NCBI GenBank assembly: GCA_010093605.1
Contig: MU004197.1
Span: 1,426,001-1,448,893, forward strand
Length of the DNA: 22,893 nucleotides
Direction of reading: 5' to 3'
Source of the DNA: Lophium mytilinum
Taxonomy: Eukaryota
Below are positions 1-10,624 of this stretch, in pieces. The notes beneath the pieces are model-generated. The model searched no databases. It saw only the letters and a program-made list of their open reading frames with translations, and was not told where the DNA came from. A program made the translations under genes and the position numbers. Position 1 is the first letter of the stretch. Each line of letters begins with the position of its first letter.

Positions 1-3000
1 CGACTGTAAAAGTCAAGGTTTCCTCTCCTTCTACTATTCCAATTGAAGAGCCGAATGCAGCCCCAGGAAGCTCCCAGCGAAAGCTTCGGCAGGATGCCAT
101 TGGGCTAGCGTTATCTAACGCGACGAGAAGCACTGTTGTAGATCCCGCTTCAATTTACACTAGCCAGCAGAAGTTCTTTCCGCCCACGGTACATCTGGAG
201 GCAGTTGTTGAGAATCTTGGAGAACGAATTGATCAGAGCGCCAACCAGACGTTTCAGGCACAGACTGGTGCTGCCGAAAGTACTAACGAAGGGCATCTCA
301 AGGTCAAAACGCTTCGGGAAGAATCTCCTCCGTCGATATCGCATGATGGTATTACTAGTAATCGGCCGCCGTTACTGCCTGACCGGAATGAGGTAGCGAT
401 GGCCGCAGACATGAGCTATCTAGAATACGGCACATCTGCACCAATCTCTCACCCTGAGCAAGAAAATCTCGCAAACACAGACGAGGCCACTGATGGTACT
501 TGTCAGGACACTGCCACTCCTGGGCCAATTCTATTTCCTTCAGCTTTAGCAACTAAGGTTAGCCCATCATTCGATATCTATCAGGTACGGCAAGAATTCG
601 GCAAAGTCTGGCCAACTGGGATGGGTGCGAAGCTTCTTTCCTTTGCGGGATTGACCCCAACTAAGAAAGACGCCGTTCTCAAGGATTACATGAAAAACCG
701 AAATATTGTGAGTTCGTCCACTTCAATCATCTTGTGCTAGCTAACAGCTGTGGGTAGAAATTCGTTGTAGACAACGCAACGACGATGCTCCCGTTCTGGG
801 AAGTGGCAACCTTCGTGGCTGAGACGCTGGCGATGAAACTAGCAGGGTTGGACGATGATGGTCTGGACCTCATGTGCACTCTTGGTGATGTCAATTTGGA
901 AAACGAGAAGGGCCTCCAGGCCCCGATCAACATCAGACACGCCATGGACCGCGCCCGACCTTCCAGCGACGGTAACGCGAAGACAGACATGCGAGAGACC
1001 CTAGAGGACATTTTTGAGGACTTTCTCGGGAACAGAAAGTTGGCGAAGGACCGGAAAATGACGTTGATCGTACTTACTGATGGTATCTGGAAAGGCCCGG
1101 TACCCCTGGAAAGCGTGGAGGCAAAAATCGAAGAGTTTGTGAAGCAGCTTAATACCTTGAAAGACCGCGCCTTCAGCATCCAGTTCATCCGGTTCGGCGA
1201 CGACGCAGAAGCGATCGAACGACTAAGACGGCTCGATGATGATCTGTCTAAGAAGCCTGACATGCGGTTAGCATTCCATCGACTTCTCTTCTTTCAAGGT
1301 ACTAATACGGAATCAGAGACATCATTGACACCGTCCCGTGGACAGGCAAAGTCCGTAGGATGATCATCGGAAGCTTCAATTCTGCGGAAAGTGCGGATAT
1401 GATGAATTCACAAGGCCAGTTGCATGCAGACCCAAATGAATCACCGGAAAGGACCAGTGCCAATATTGCGAGCCGTAGACCCCCATTGAAACTTTGGAAG
1501 ATGATGGGCATTGGCAAAGGCTCCGATAAGCGACGTAAAACTGCCGCGGGGCATCTGGATAAGACCCAGTCACTGCAAACAGACCCTTCCTCCACTGACG
1601 CCCCCAAGATTCACAACAATGCCAGTAGTCAGCCCTCAAATCCTAGAATGCCCCCCATCTCGCAAGTATCCCACGCGGCGACTTCCGCATTGCTACATGA
1701 ATCCGCGGAGCAAGAACAAAATCCGGTACCACCTCCGCGACCCTCGAGTAACGAAACCGGTAATTTACCGATGCAAGAGCTCGCGAGCAAGCCTCGTATG
1801 GCCGACCACATGATGGAAGACGGCGCGCATCCACAAAATTCAGCTTCTGAATCTTTACAAGATCCAGAAAACTACACTTCATCCACGGAGATCATCGTTG
1901 ATACCCCACAAGATCTAGAATCCTACACTTCATCCACGGAGATCATCGTTGATACCTCACAAGATACAGAAATCTACACTTCATCCACGGAGATCATCAT
2001 TGATACTTCAAGTGCAGGTCGTCCAACAGAATTATTTCACTTACAAAGGGTAGAAATCAACGAAGCGGATGAATGTCTCCAGCTAGTAGACGCGGCTATG
2101 GTCACACTCATGAAAACCATTATCAAGCTCCTGCTAAAGTTCGCTCAATCTGAATGCATGGACGGGTCAGAAAGTAGTGGCCCTAGGTCAACAGCTACTG
2201 AGGGCGGTTCTTCAAGTATTAGGGGGGCATCTTCTTCCCGTGCAGGAGCCTCCCGGGAGTCATCCGGGCGTAAGAGACAACATGATGGGGGTAAAGACCC
2301 AGGAGGCGGCAGTGGCGAGTCCGACAATGACAATGACGATGACGACCGAAAGAAAAAGAAGTACGGGAAAGCTCACAAACCCAATGGCCCCGCGTCACGT
2401 CGACTACGATGCCCATACCATCAGCGGGAACCAGGGAAATATCGTGAGGGAGGATGCGCAGGGAAGGGGTTTGATACCATTTCGCACCTAAAGTGAGGCT
2501 CATATTTGTCCATGTCGATTCTGAACCCCCTAACTGTTGCTAGGTTTCATCTATCCCGAGTTCATCTGCAACCACCGATATGTGAACGGTGTTGGCGGGA
2601 TATGGCATCGAACGAAGCCCGCAGATCACATTTGCGGAGAGAACCGTCGGAGATGTGCGACTCAGTTCCACAGCCCGAAGACGATCGAATTAGCCCTGAA
2701 ACACTCAAAGAAAGCCTTAACTTCCAGAAATCACCTTACGCAAACAAGAGTGATGAGGAGAAGTGGAAGCTGGCCTACAAAGTTATCTTCCCACAAGATA
2801 GTGATGAGGAAATACCATCGCCATGTAAGTCTTCGTGCGAAATTGACTGTTTCATGTATGCTAACAGCTAATAGACGAGGTCCAAAAAACCGATACGCGA
2901 TTGTTGAAGTTCTTAGCTGAAACTATCTTGGAGGAGTTAACAATGTTGCTTGGACCTACGTTTGAGTCGATCATGACCCAGATCAAAGAGAAAATCCCTG

Positions 3001-3551
3001 CCATGATCCTACAATGCAGATCACGACTACAAGCATGTCACGACAACCCGGACTACTTTAATCGTTCAAGCTCAAAAGCACCGAGCCAGGTATTCAGCAC
3101 TCATAGTATGGTCGACACAGATCCGGGAAGTCCTATCACTCCTCATTCTAGCACTCCAGCTGGGGCCGTGACAGTCGACAAAACCCGTCTGGCCGCGTAT
3201 GCCTCTGGATCATCCGGAAGCGCGCTGCTTACCCGAGAAAAGAAATCCCCCGCATTCGAACCAACGGGCAGCCACTCTCTGAAGTTTTACTCTCCTTGTA
3301 GTGCGCGAAATCTTGGAATTCCCTCTGAGTTCGGCCGAATACTGCAGGACAGCGTTCCCTATGCCTCTGGAGCTTGCTCGTCGCCAGGGGCGGGAACCCA
3401 AGTCCCAGGTCGTAGCTTCCCAACGTCCGAAGTCCCAGAACCCACGTCTTTGTCAGAAGAGTTTGACTTTGACCAATTTTTGCAGGACATGGATCCAACC
3501 CCGCAGTTTGCACCAAACACGCGCCCATATGTCCTTAGTCGCTTCGCATAG
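1..3551 (+). CDS. 5'-partial multi-exon fungal gene: vWA domain + tandem repeats + atypical C2H2/C2HC zinc-finger region; exons <1-707, 758-1266, 1317-2492, 2544-2824, 2875-3551
   Basis: Frame 3 is open from nt 3. Four GT-AG introns have CTAAC/CTAAT branch sites: 708-757 (gtgagt..gctaac..tag), 1267-1316 (gttagc..actaat..cag), 2493-2543 (gtgagg..ctaac..tag) and 2825-2874 (gtaagt..gctaac..tag). Splicing joins ORFs 399-740, 785-1363, 1360-2496, 2506-2871 and 2901-3551 in frame (3348 nt = 1115 aa + TAG 3549-3551). The junctions give sensible motifs: RNI|KFVVDN, PDMR|DIIDTVPW, HLK|FHLSRVH, IPSP|YE. Confidence 0.88.
758..1380 (+). other. von Willebrand factor A (vWA) domain within the gene
   Basis: KFVVDNATTM (beta1, DxSxS position), DDDGLDLMCT, TDMRETL (MIDAS Thr), MTLIVLTDG (MIDAS Asp), FSIQFIRFGDD..AIERLRRLDDDL and DIIDTVPW..MIIGS form a pattern typical of fungal vWA proteins. 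Confidence 0.85.
1858..2010 (+). repeat. 3 x 51-bp coding tandem repeat (QDxExYTSSTEII[VI]DT[PS])
   Basis: Units at 1858-1908, 1909-1959 and 1960-2010 share the core tacacttcatccacggagatcatc. Confidence 0.97.
2323..2876 (+). other. Acidic run + basic NLS-like patch + atypical zinc-finger module
   Basis: DNDNDDDD-RKKKK, then C-x14-C-x13-H-x4-H (spanning intron 3), C-x2-C-x12-H-x8-C, and KWKLAYKVIFP..IPSPY. Confidence 0.75.
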
Positions 3552-3903
3552 GAATTTTGGGGCGGGAGGGAGGGAGGGCCGGCGGCTGGCGGCAGTAAGT
3601 AAGGGGGTGTAGGGCGGCTGTTACTATATTGAGTGCAGCAAAACGCCGCCTCAAAATGACTCGGATAAGCGGCTGAGGCAGCTGAGATAAGAGAAGACTT
3701 TGAAATTGAGATCGCACTAGCATCACGTGACAAGCTCCATTCCAAGCTCTTGCCCGCTAAGGATGGAGAAACTCCCGGACCCACCCTTTAGGAGCCCATT
3801 CATGTGCTAGATGTAGAGAGATTAGCGTCAGTGCAGGCGTAGAAGCGGAGAAAGAAGGCCGCATGAGGGACAACATTCGCATACGCAAAAGCTCTGAACG
3901 AGG

Positions 3904-4077
3904 TGTTGAAATTAGTCACGTGATATAGGTAGTACGTGAGTGTAGATGATAGATTGTATAGTAAGCTATCTATGGGCGAAGCCGTGGCTATATAGCCAGC
4001 GCTATAGGGGGCTGGGAGCCTAACCTATATAGCTACCTAGCTACCTATTTCCTTACACCTTATACTAAATTTTAATA
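3904..4077 (-). repeat. Copia 3' LTR
   Basis: Aligns without gaps to 11664-11837, with 20 differences counted by eye, all transitions. Contains GTCACGTGA at 3915-3923. Confidence 0.97.
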
Positions 4078-4086
4078 CTCCCTTTT
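4078..4086 (-). other. Copia polypurine tract
   Basis: The minus strand reads AAAAGGGAG directly abutting the 3' LTR. Confidence 0.85.
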
Positions 4087-4299
4087 AATTAAAAGTATAA
4101 GAAAATAGCAGCGCCTATATATAGCCTAAATTTAGCCTATATTTTAGGCTCTAGCCTTAGTAAAACTCTCTAAAACCTTATTAGAAAAGAAGGGAAAGAG
4201 CGCTAGATAGTATAAAGAAAAGAATATTAATATATAGAAGCTATAGACCTTAATAAGAAAATATAAAGAGAAACCTATATAGTAATATTAAGAGAAACC

Positions 4300-5682
4300 T
4301 TATTTAGTAAGCTATACTAGCCTAAAGAGAGCTAATTTCTTCTAATCTTCTATAGTATATGCCCTATTAGGTATATTAGCTATAGCTATAAGCTAGTAGA
4401 GGGTATTCTAGATATATTTATTTTATCTAGAGAAGACCTAGCTACTACTATACTAAATAGTAGCTATTACCCTTTTCTTATTTACTATATTATAGAAAGA
4501 GTGCTAGGCTCCCCTTAGAACTTTTCTTTACCTTTTAACCTACCTATTATCTATATAGATAGGCTCTAGATTATAGTTATAAATAACTATAACCTTACTA
4601 ATATAGTTTATAGTAGTAATTACTACTATTCTCTAGTAGTACTATACTATATTCTTCTATTTACTAACTCTTATACTAACCTAGAAGTCTATAGAAGCGC
4701 TAAAGTACTTAAGCTAAACCTTCTTCTACTAGTAGTTACTTTTCTAGAAGCTTCTAAAGGTTGCCCTTTCTTAGTAGATAGCCCTAGCCTCTCTAGAGTC
4801 TTTATCTAGGGCTATTACTTCTCTAATAGCTTCTTTAACCTAGAAGGTTTTAATAATTCTATTCTTAAAGAAGATAATATTAGAGAAGATAAAAGGGAAA
4901 CTATATCTAGCTTTAATATATTATAAGAACTCTATAAATTCTATAGAAGAGAGCTAAGAATTACTAGAAATATTCTTAAGTAGAATAGGGTAGACCTTAT
5001 CTACCTAGGTAATATTATTAAGAGAGGCCCTAATAAGAACCTAAATAAGTAGATTATTAAAGGCTTATCTCTATAGGCTTCTATATCTACTAGTAGGCTC
5101 TAGTCTAGGTAAAGGCTCTAGTCTAGGTAATTTAGACCAGGATTTATATAGTTAAAGAATAATATTTAGAAGTAAGTTACTTAGTCTAGTATTAGTAGAA
5201 TCTTCTATAATACTAGAATCTAAATCTTTAGAGTCTAGAATTTTAGAAACTATAAGCCTTTTAGTACTATAGATAATACTAGTAGAGTTATAGATACTTA
5301 AAGAGAGTAAGTTTATTAGGTTCTAGAAAGTAACTAAGTTTAAGAGTAAATAGCTTAGTTTAATATTAGTAGAATTAGATAAGATTTTATTAGCATATAT
5401 ATTAGAGTTGGCGGTATTAATATTAGAAGAAATTTTAGCGCTAGTAATACTAGAGCTAGAGTTATAGGTTATTAAAGGTAGTAATATTTTAGAGTTAGTA
5501 TACTTTATCTATTTTAGGCGTAGATTTCTTACCTTCTCTTTACTATACTACTTTAAAATTAGGCGGCCTAAATATTTATAATTAGGGCTTTTAGAATTAA
5601 AAGAAATTTTAGTTCTAGTATACTTAGGGATAAAGTTATAGAGCTTTAAAGAGGATAAGTTTACTTAAGAAAGAGGGGATAT
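4300..5682 (-). pseudogene. RIP-mutated extra ORF (~460 codons) in the Copia 3' region; C-terminal part possibly a His-Asp-Cys cysteine protease
   Basis: One minus frame starting at cctgctaaa-ATA (presumed ATG, 5682) reads as protein-like, with ~30 stops in ~455 codons, all TAA/TAG (compatible with RIP of Gln/Trp/CGA codons). It includes an in-frame 18-bp duplication at 5095-5130. De-RIPed motifs: WHCWG, GKVIVIYDCDP, WYGGG..GQNxC. Ends are approximate. Confidence 0.65.
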
Positions 5683-5772
5683 TTTAGCAGGGAATAGAGG
5701 TTCTAGCTAAGAGTCTAGTAAATTTAGGCTGTATAATAGCCTTCTATACGCCTAGGGTAGCCCGTTAATATA

Positions 5773-5955
5773 GGTAGTGGCCTAGGAGGCGGCTAGTAGT
5801 AGCCGGTAAGAAGGCGGCTAGCTGGCGGCTGGCTGGCTGGCAGGCTAGCAAGGCTAGGTAGCTGGCGAGGCTGGCGAGGCTAGCGAGGCTGGTAGGCGGC
5901 TGGCACGTTAAGGCTAGTAGGCGGCTAGCACGTAGAGGCAGGTAAGCGGCTAGTA
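5773..5955. repeat. GC-rich degenerate tandem array (GGCTGGC / GGCTGGCGA / GGCGGCTAG units) between pol and the extra ORF
   Basis: Directly visible, e.g. gctggcggctggctggctggcagg and gctggcgaggctggcgaggctagcgaggctgg. Confidence 0.8.
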
Positions 5956-6017
5956 GTAAGTAGTAGATAGGTAGCTATTATATAATCTATTATATAATTT
6001 ACCTAGCTAGCTACCTT

Positions 6018-9000
6018 TTATAGACTAAGTATAGTTTTAAAGGCCTTAAATATAACTCTAGATAGCGCCTTAGTAAGCCTATTAGCTATCTACTTAGTAG
6101 TTAGAATAAACTATAGGTTAACTAAGCTATCTAACTACTTCTCTCTTATAAAGTAATACTAGATATTAATATACTTAGTTCTAGTATAAAATTAAAGGTT
6201 CTTTACTAGTGTAATAGCCCCTTAATTATTACTAAAAATAACTATAGCTTTAGGTTCTTTACTATTCTCTATAAGCTTCTTAAGTAGTTATTATAGCTAG
6301 ATAGCTTTTTTAGTTACCTAGGTCTCCCCTATATATTTAGCTTTATATAAGGAGAGTATAATAGTAGATTACTGCTTTAATAACTAGCTTAAGGCGCCGC
6401 TACCTATATTAAATATATAGCCTGCTATAGAGTACCGGGTTTTTATATTACTAGCCTAGTTAGTATTAGTATAGCCTTATAGAGGCTTAAGCTATTTTTA
6501 GTATACTAGCTTATAGTTAATAGAGCCTTTTAGGTACCTTATAATGCGCTTAATAGCTATAGTATAGGCTAGGGCTAGATTTACTATATACTAGCTATAG
6601 ATAGATACTATAAAGGTAATATCTAGGCGCGTTCTAAGTATAGTATATATTAGTAACCTAATTGCGCTAGTATACTATTTCTAATTAGCTTTACTAGCCT
6701 AGTAGTTATCCTTATAGGCTTTAAACTTCTCTATCTATATTAGAGTAGTATTTAGCTTTAAATTATATAGCCTAAATTACTCTAGTACTTCTTAAAGGTA
6801 CGCCTTCTAGTTTAGGGTAAGAGTGTACCGCTGCCGGTCTCTCTTTACTTCTATTTCTAGGTAGAAGTAGTATAGGCCTAGGTTAGTTATCTTAAAACGC
6901 TTATTAAGCTTAGCTTTTAGCTAGGTAATTTCTACACTTAAGGGGCTAGTAATTAGAAGGTTATTAATATATATAGTAATGTATATATTTTCTTTAGTAA
7001 AGATTCTATACTTAGAGTCTAGAGAGTAGAAGTCTAATATCTTAAGAAAGCTAGATAGTATCTAGTACTAAATTTAAGGTAATTACTTAAGTCTATATAG
7101 GGCCTTCTTAAGTTAGTAGACCTACTTTAATCTAGTTTCTAAACTCTCTAGCTAAATAATATAGATTTCCTTATTAATATTACTATATAGGAAAGCTATT
7201 TTAATATTTATTTACTTAATCTCTAGGTCTAAGGCTACTACTATTATAAAGAGCGCCTTATAGCTTATAGGTTTTACTATAGAGGTAAATATCTTATTAT
7301 AGTTAACTTTCTCTTCTTAGTAGAAACCTTAAACTACCTATTAGGCTTTATAGTAGAGGATTTTGCTGCTAGCACTACGCTTAATTTTATATATCTACTT
7401 ACCGCCTAGCACCTTTTTATATATAGGTTAGCTTACTAGGCTCTATATCTTATTACTTTCTAGTAAGTCTATTTCTACTTTTATAGCCTTATACTATTAC
7501 TTCTAGGCTTATATATCTTAATAGGCTTCTTAATAGCTATAAGGTTCTATTAGTGCTACTATACTCTATAAGGTAGTTCTAAGTAGGCTAAATAATAGGC
7601 TATACTATAGTATAGAGGTATTATAGTATATACCTTTATTAGCCTATCTAGATATCTAAAGGGCTAGTATATAGCGTTTAAGGGCTTCTAGATCTACTAG
7701 ATAGATATTTTTATTACCTTTATTTTTACCTAGTATAAGAGTTTCTAGAGAGGCTTCTCTATTAGAGTCTATATTTATAGGTAGTATACTAGGCTTATTA
7801 TTTTATAGCTTAACGCTTAGTAATAGTAGTATAGTTAGTAGTCTTTATATTAGTATAGCTAGGGATATTAGGCATCTTCTATAAGCTGTAGGCTCTAAGT
7901 CTAAGAAAGAATTATTATTATTATTATCGCTATCTCCTCTACTTCCGGGGCTAGAAGCTTTCTTAAAAGCTAATGTGCGGGGTCTCTTTACTAGCCTATT
8001 TTCTTTAGCTAGTAGAGTAGCACCTATATCTAGAACTATTTTAAAGTTCTTAAGAGTTTTACTAATATAGGGCCTATCTTCTAGAAATACTATATTACTA
8101 GATTAGATTAAGATGCCTTAGGGGTTAATAAGGAGGTAGATATAAGCTTTCTTATATCTAACTAGGCGGTAGACTTCTACCTAGTTATCTAGAAACTTCT
8201 TATAGTATTTTAGCGGTACTAGTATATAGTACTTGCACCCTAAGGTATAGAAGTAGCTAATATTAGGCTTATCTTCTATCTATTTCTTATAGGGGGTTAT
8301 ACTAATAATAGTACTTAGGGACTAGTTATAAATCTTAATAATAGACGCAAGAATATATAGCTAGTATTTCTATTCTAGGTTAGTAGACTATATTATAGGG
8401 TTAAGTTTATTTATAAGAATATTATTTAGAACCTCTACCTTACTATTTTACTAGTACTAATTGCGCCTAGTAGGCTTAATAATAATTCTATAATTAGTAT
8501 AGTATTAGTAAAAGCTACTATTATAGTTTTTCTCTAACTAGTTAAGCCTAATTTACTATACGCGGCGTTCCGCGGTTTTATACCTTTCTAGGAAATTATA
8601 GAAAGCTTTAAAGAAGTTTAATTTCTCTATAATAGGGTATACTTCCGCAATCTATATAAAATTATTAAGAAAGGTTACCTAATACCTTTCCCTATAGTAG
8701 CCTAGGTATAGAAACTATCTATAGATATCTATATAGATTAGTTCTAAAGGGGCCTTACCTTATTAAATTAGATAATTATAGGGCCCTCCCTTTATTCTTT
8801 TAAAAACGCAGTCCTTATAAAGGCACCCTGTAGGTGCTTTATCTATTCTAATAGTTATATTAGCTAGTTTCTTTAGGCTATTTTTGCCTAGGTGTGCTAT
8901 CCGCTTATGCTAAATAACAAGATTTAGGTTAGATAGAGTAAAGGCGGCGAGGGTAAAAGTAGATAATATCTAGCGTTAGATATTAAGAATATAGAGGCTA

Positions 9001-10406
9001 TACTAGCGGAGAAAGGTAAAAGTAGTACCTATAGTAGTAAGGGTACCGCTATTTATACTAAAATTCTATAGAGCTTATTTATCTATTAGCTTAGAAATAG
9101 AAATTAAATTAGCGCCTATATTAGGGTAGAAGAGCGCGTTAGTAAGCTAAAGGCTAACCTCTACTCTATTAATATTATAGCGGAGGTCTAAGGTGCTAAT
9201 ATCTCTAGAGTATATCTTAGATCCCCTAATACTATTAATAGGTAGCCTACTATACTTCTAGAGTTCTATAAAGTTACCCTATTATATAAAGTATATATTA
9301 CTATATCTAGTATTAGTAATATATACTTCTATAAGAAAGGTATCTACTATACTAGTAGTAATAGCTTTTATTACTATTAGGCCTATATAGCTAAATAGCG
9401 CAGGTTACATTAAATATATAAGAAGTGTAGTACTACTAGATTTATTACCGGCGTTATCTCTCTCTTTTCTATTCTTCTTCTTCTACTTCTTTTTAGACGG
9501 CCTACCGCCGCCCTTTCTATTCCCTCTCTTTCTCTTCTTATTTTTCTATTTCTTTTTAAATTCCTTTTTTAGCTCTAGGTAGAGCTTCTAGCACGTAGCT
9601 GCAGTATAGTAAGTTTTATTGCAGTAGGTATAGAAGTTAACTTTAATTATTATCTTATTACTAGATACTCTAGCTGCCCCTAGAAAGGTAAAGCCTTTCT
9701 TAGCTATAAATATATTAAGGCGCTACTACTTTTACTCTTTAACTACTCTAATAACCTCTATAAACTTAATAGCCTATTTAATAATTATTATTTCTCTATT
9801 AGGGTTTATATTATTAGCGGGCTTAGTAGTTAATATTACTAGATACTTAGTACTATAGTTTTCTACCTATAAGGACTAGTTAGAACTAAGGCCCTAAAGA
9901 AATTTATTAATAAAGAAAGGTTTATTAACCTCTCTACCTTTACTAAGCTTAGTAAGATTAGATTAGGCTTCTTATATTTAATTTACATACTCTATAATGT
10001 TATTAAACCTAGTAAGGTTTAATTCCTTATACTCCCGTTTAAGTTTATTAAAAATAGCGGCTCTAGAGGGTTGGAATTTATTCCGGAGGGCTACTATTAT
10101 TAGGTATATTATCTTAATTTCTTTTACTATAGTTAATAGGTTATTTCTAAGACAGTTAGTAATAATACTATAAACTTACTTATTCTTATCTAGCTAGAAG
10201 TTCTACTAGTAGCGCTTCTTAGAAGTAGATAGACCTTCGCAGTCCGTATTAGAAGGTATAGCCTTCTAATATTTAAGTAGCTCTCTAAGGCTATTTCTTA
10301 TAATATAGTTTATAATTTCTTTATACTACTATATCTAGTTAAATAATAACTTAAGTTATATAATGCGGTTAAGGCCTTATATACTTTTCTCTTCTATTTA
10401 AGATAT
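6018..10406 (-). pseudogene. Copia gag-pol polyprotein, RIP-inactivated
   Basis: Motifs read through RIP: CCHC knuckle FYTYCNKTYYTAATC*K (~9575-9640); protease YITNTRYSN (<WIADTGCSN, ~9300-9330); integrase *HKRIAHLG (~8885-8915), CLYKDC, PLELIYIDI (~8720-8750), *NSKVE; RT YKA**VV*GF (~7325-7355), *INIKIAFLY, KALYRLK*LP, IYINNLLIT (<YVDD, ~6950-6975); RNase H NN*GAITLVKNL*FYTRTKYINI (~6161-6230) and IANRLTKAL. The gag start and pol end share a frame. Confidence 0.95.
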
Positions 10407-10624
10407 TCTTTAACTAATACTTAGAACGGTAATAGAGGAATTAAGCGGAGCTAAGATAGAGGTAGAGAGTAGCGCAGAGGAGATAGTAATAGAGGTAGAG
10501 GCGAGAGTAATAGGTATATTAGTAATAATAGTAATACTATATAGAATAGAGATAATACTATATAGAATAATAGGTTAGAGAAGGATAAGAATAAGTTATC
10601 TAATAAGATTAATAATAGAGGTAG

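Noticed and set aside
1858..2010. Repeat arrays as CRISPR-like structures
   Set aside because: The context is eukaryotic and the units are contiguous and coding, with no unique spacers.
708..2874. All four introns are 50-51 nt
   Set aside because: This is within the normal modal intron size of filamentous ascomycetes, and the introns are not similar to each other, so they are not introner-like.
3560..3625. G-rich stretch (gggagggaggg..agtaagtaagggggtgtagggcggctg) as a possible DNA-transposon TIR or G-quadruplex
   Set aside because: No inverted partner or TSD was found in the window; it is most simply 3' UTR sequence.
150..3784. Numerous short antisense or alternative-frame ORFs in the track (e.g. 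727-1263 -, 1302-1607 -, 2537-2920 +, 3359-3784 -)
   Set aside because: They are shadows of the spliced plus-strand gene, with no motifs of their own.
3633..3903. Protein-looking frame (EAAEIREDFEIEIALASRDK..) that continues across the Copia insertion to ~11977
   Set aside because: Five stops in ~90 codons is about the random expectation and there is no recognisable motif, so it cannot be supported as a pseudogene.
3723..3923. Two TCACGTGA E-box/CDEI-like motifs (3723-3730 and in the LTR at 3916-3923)
   Set aside because: This is a common fungal motif, with no evidence of function or of a point centromere.
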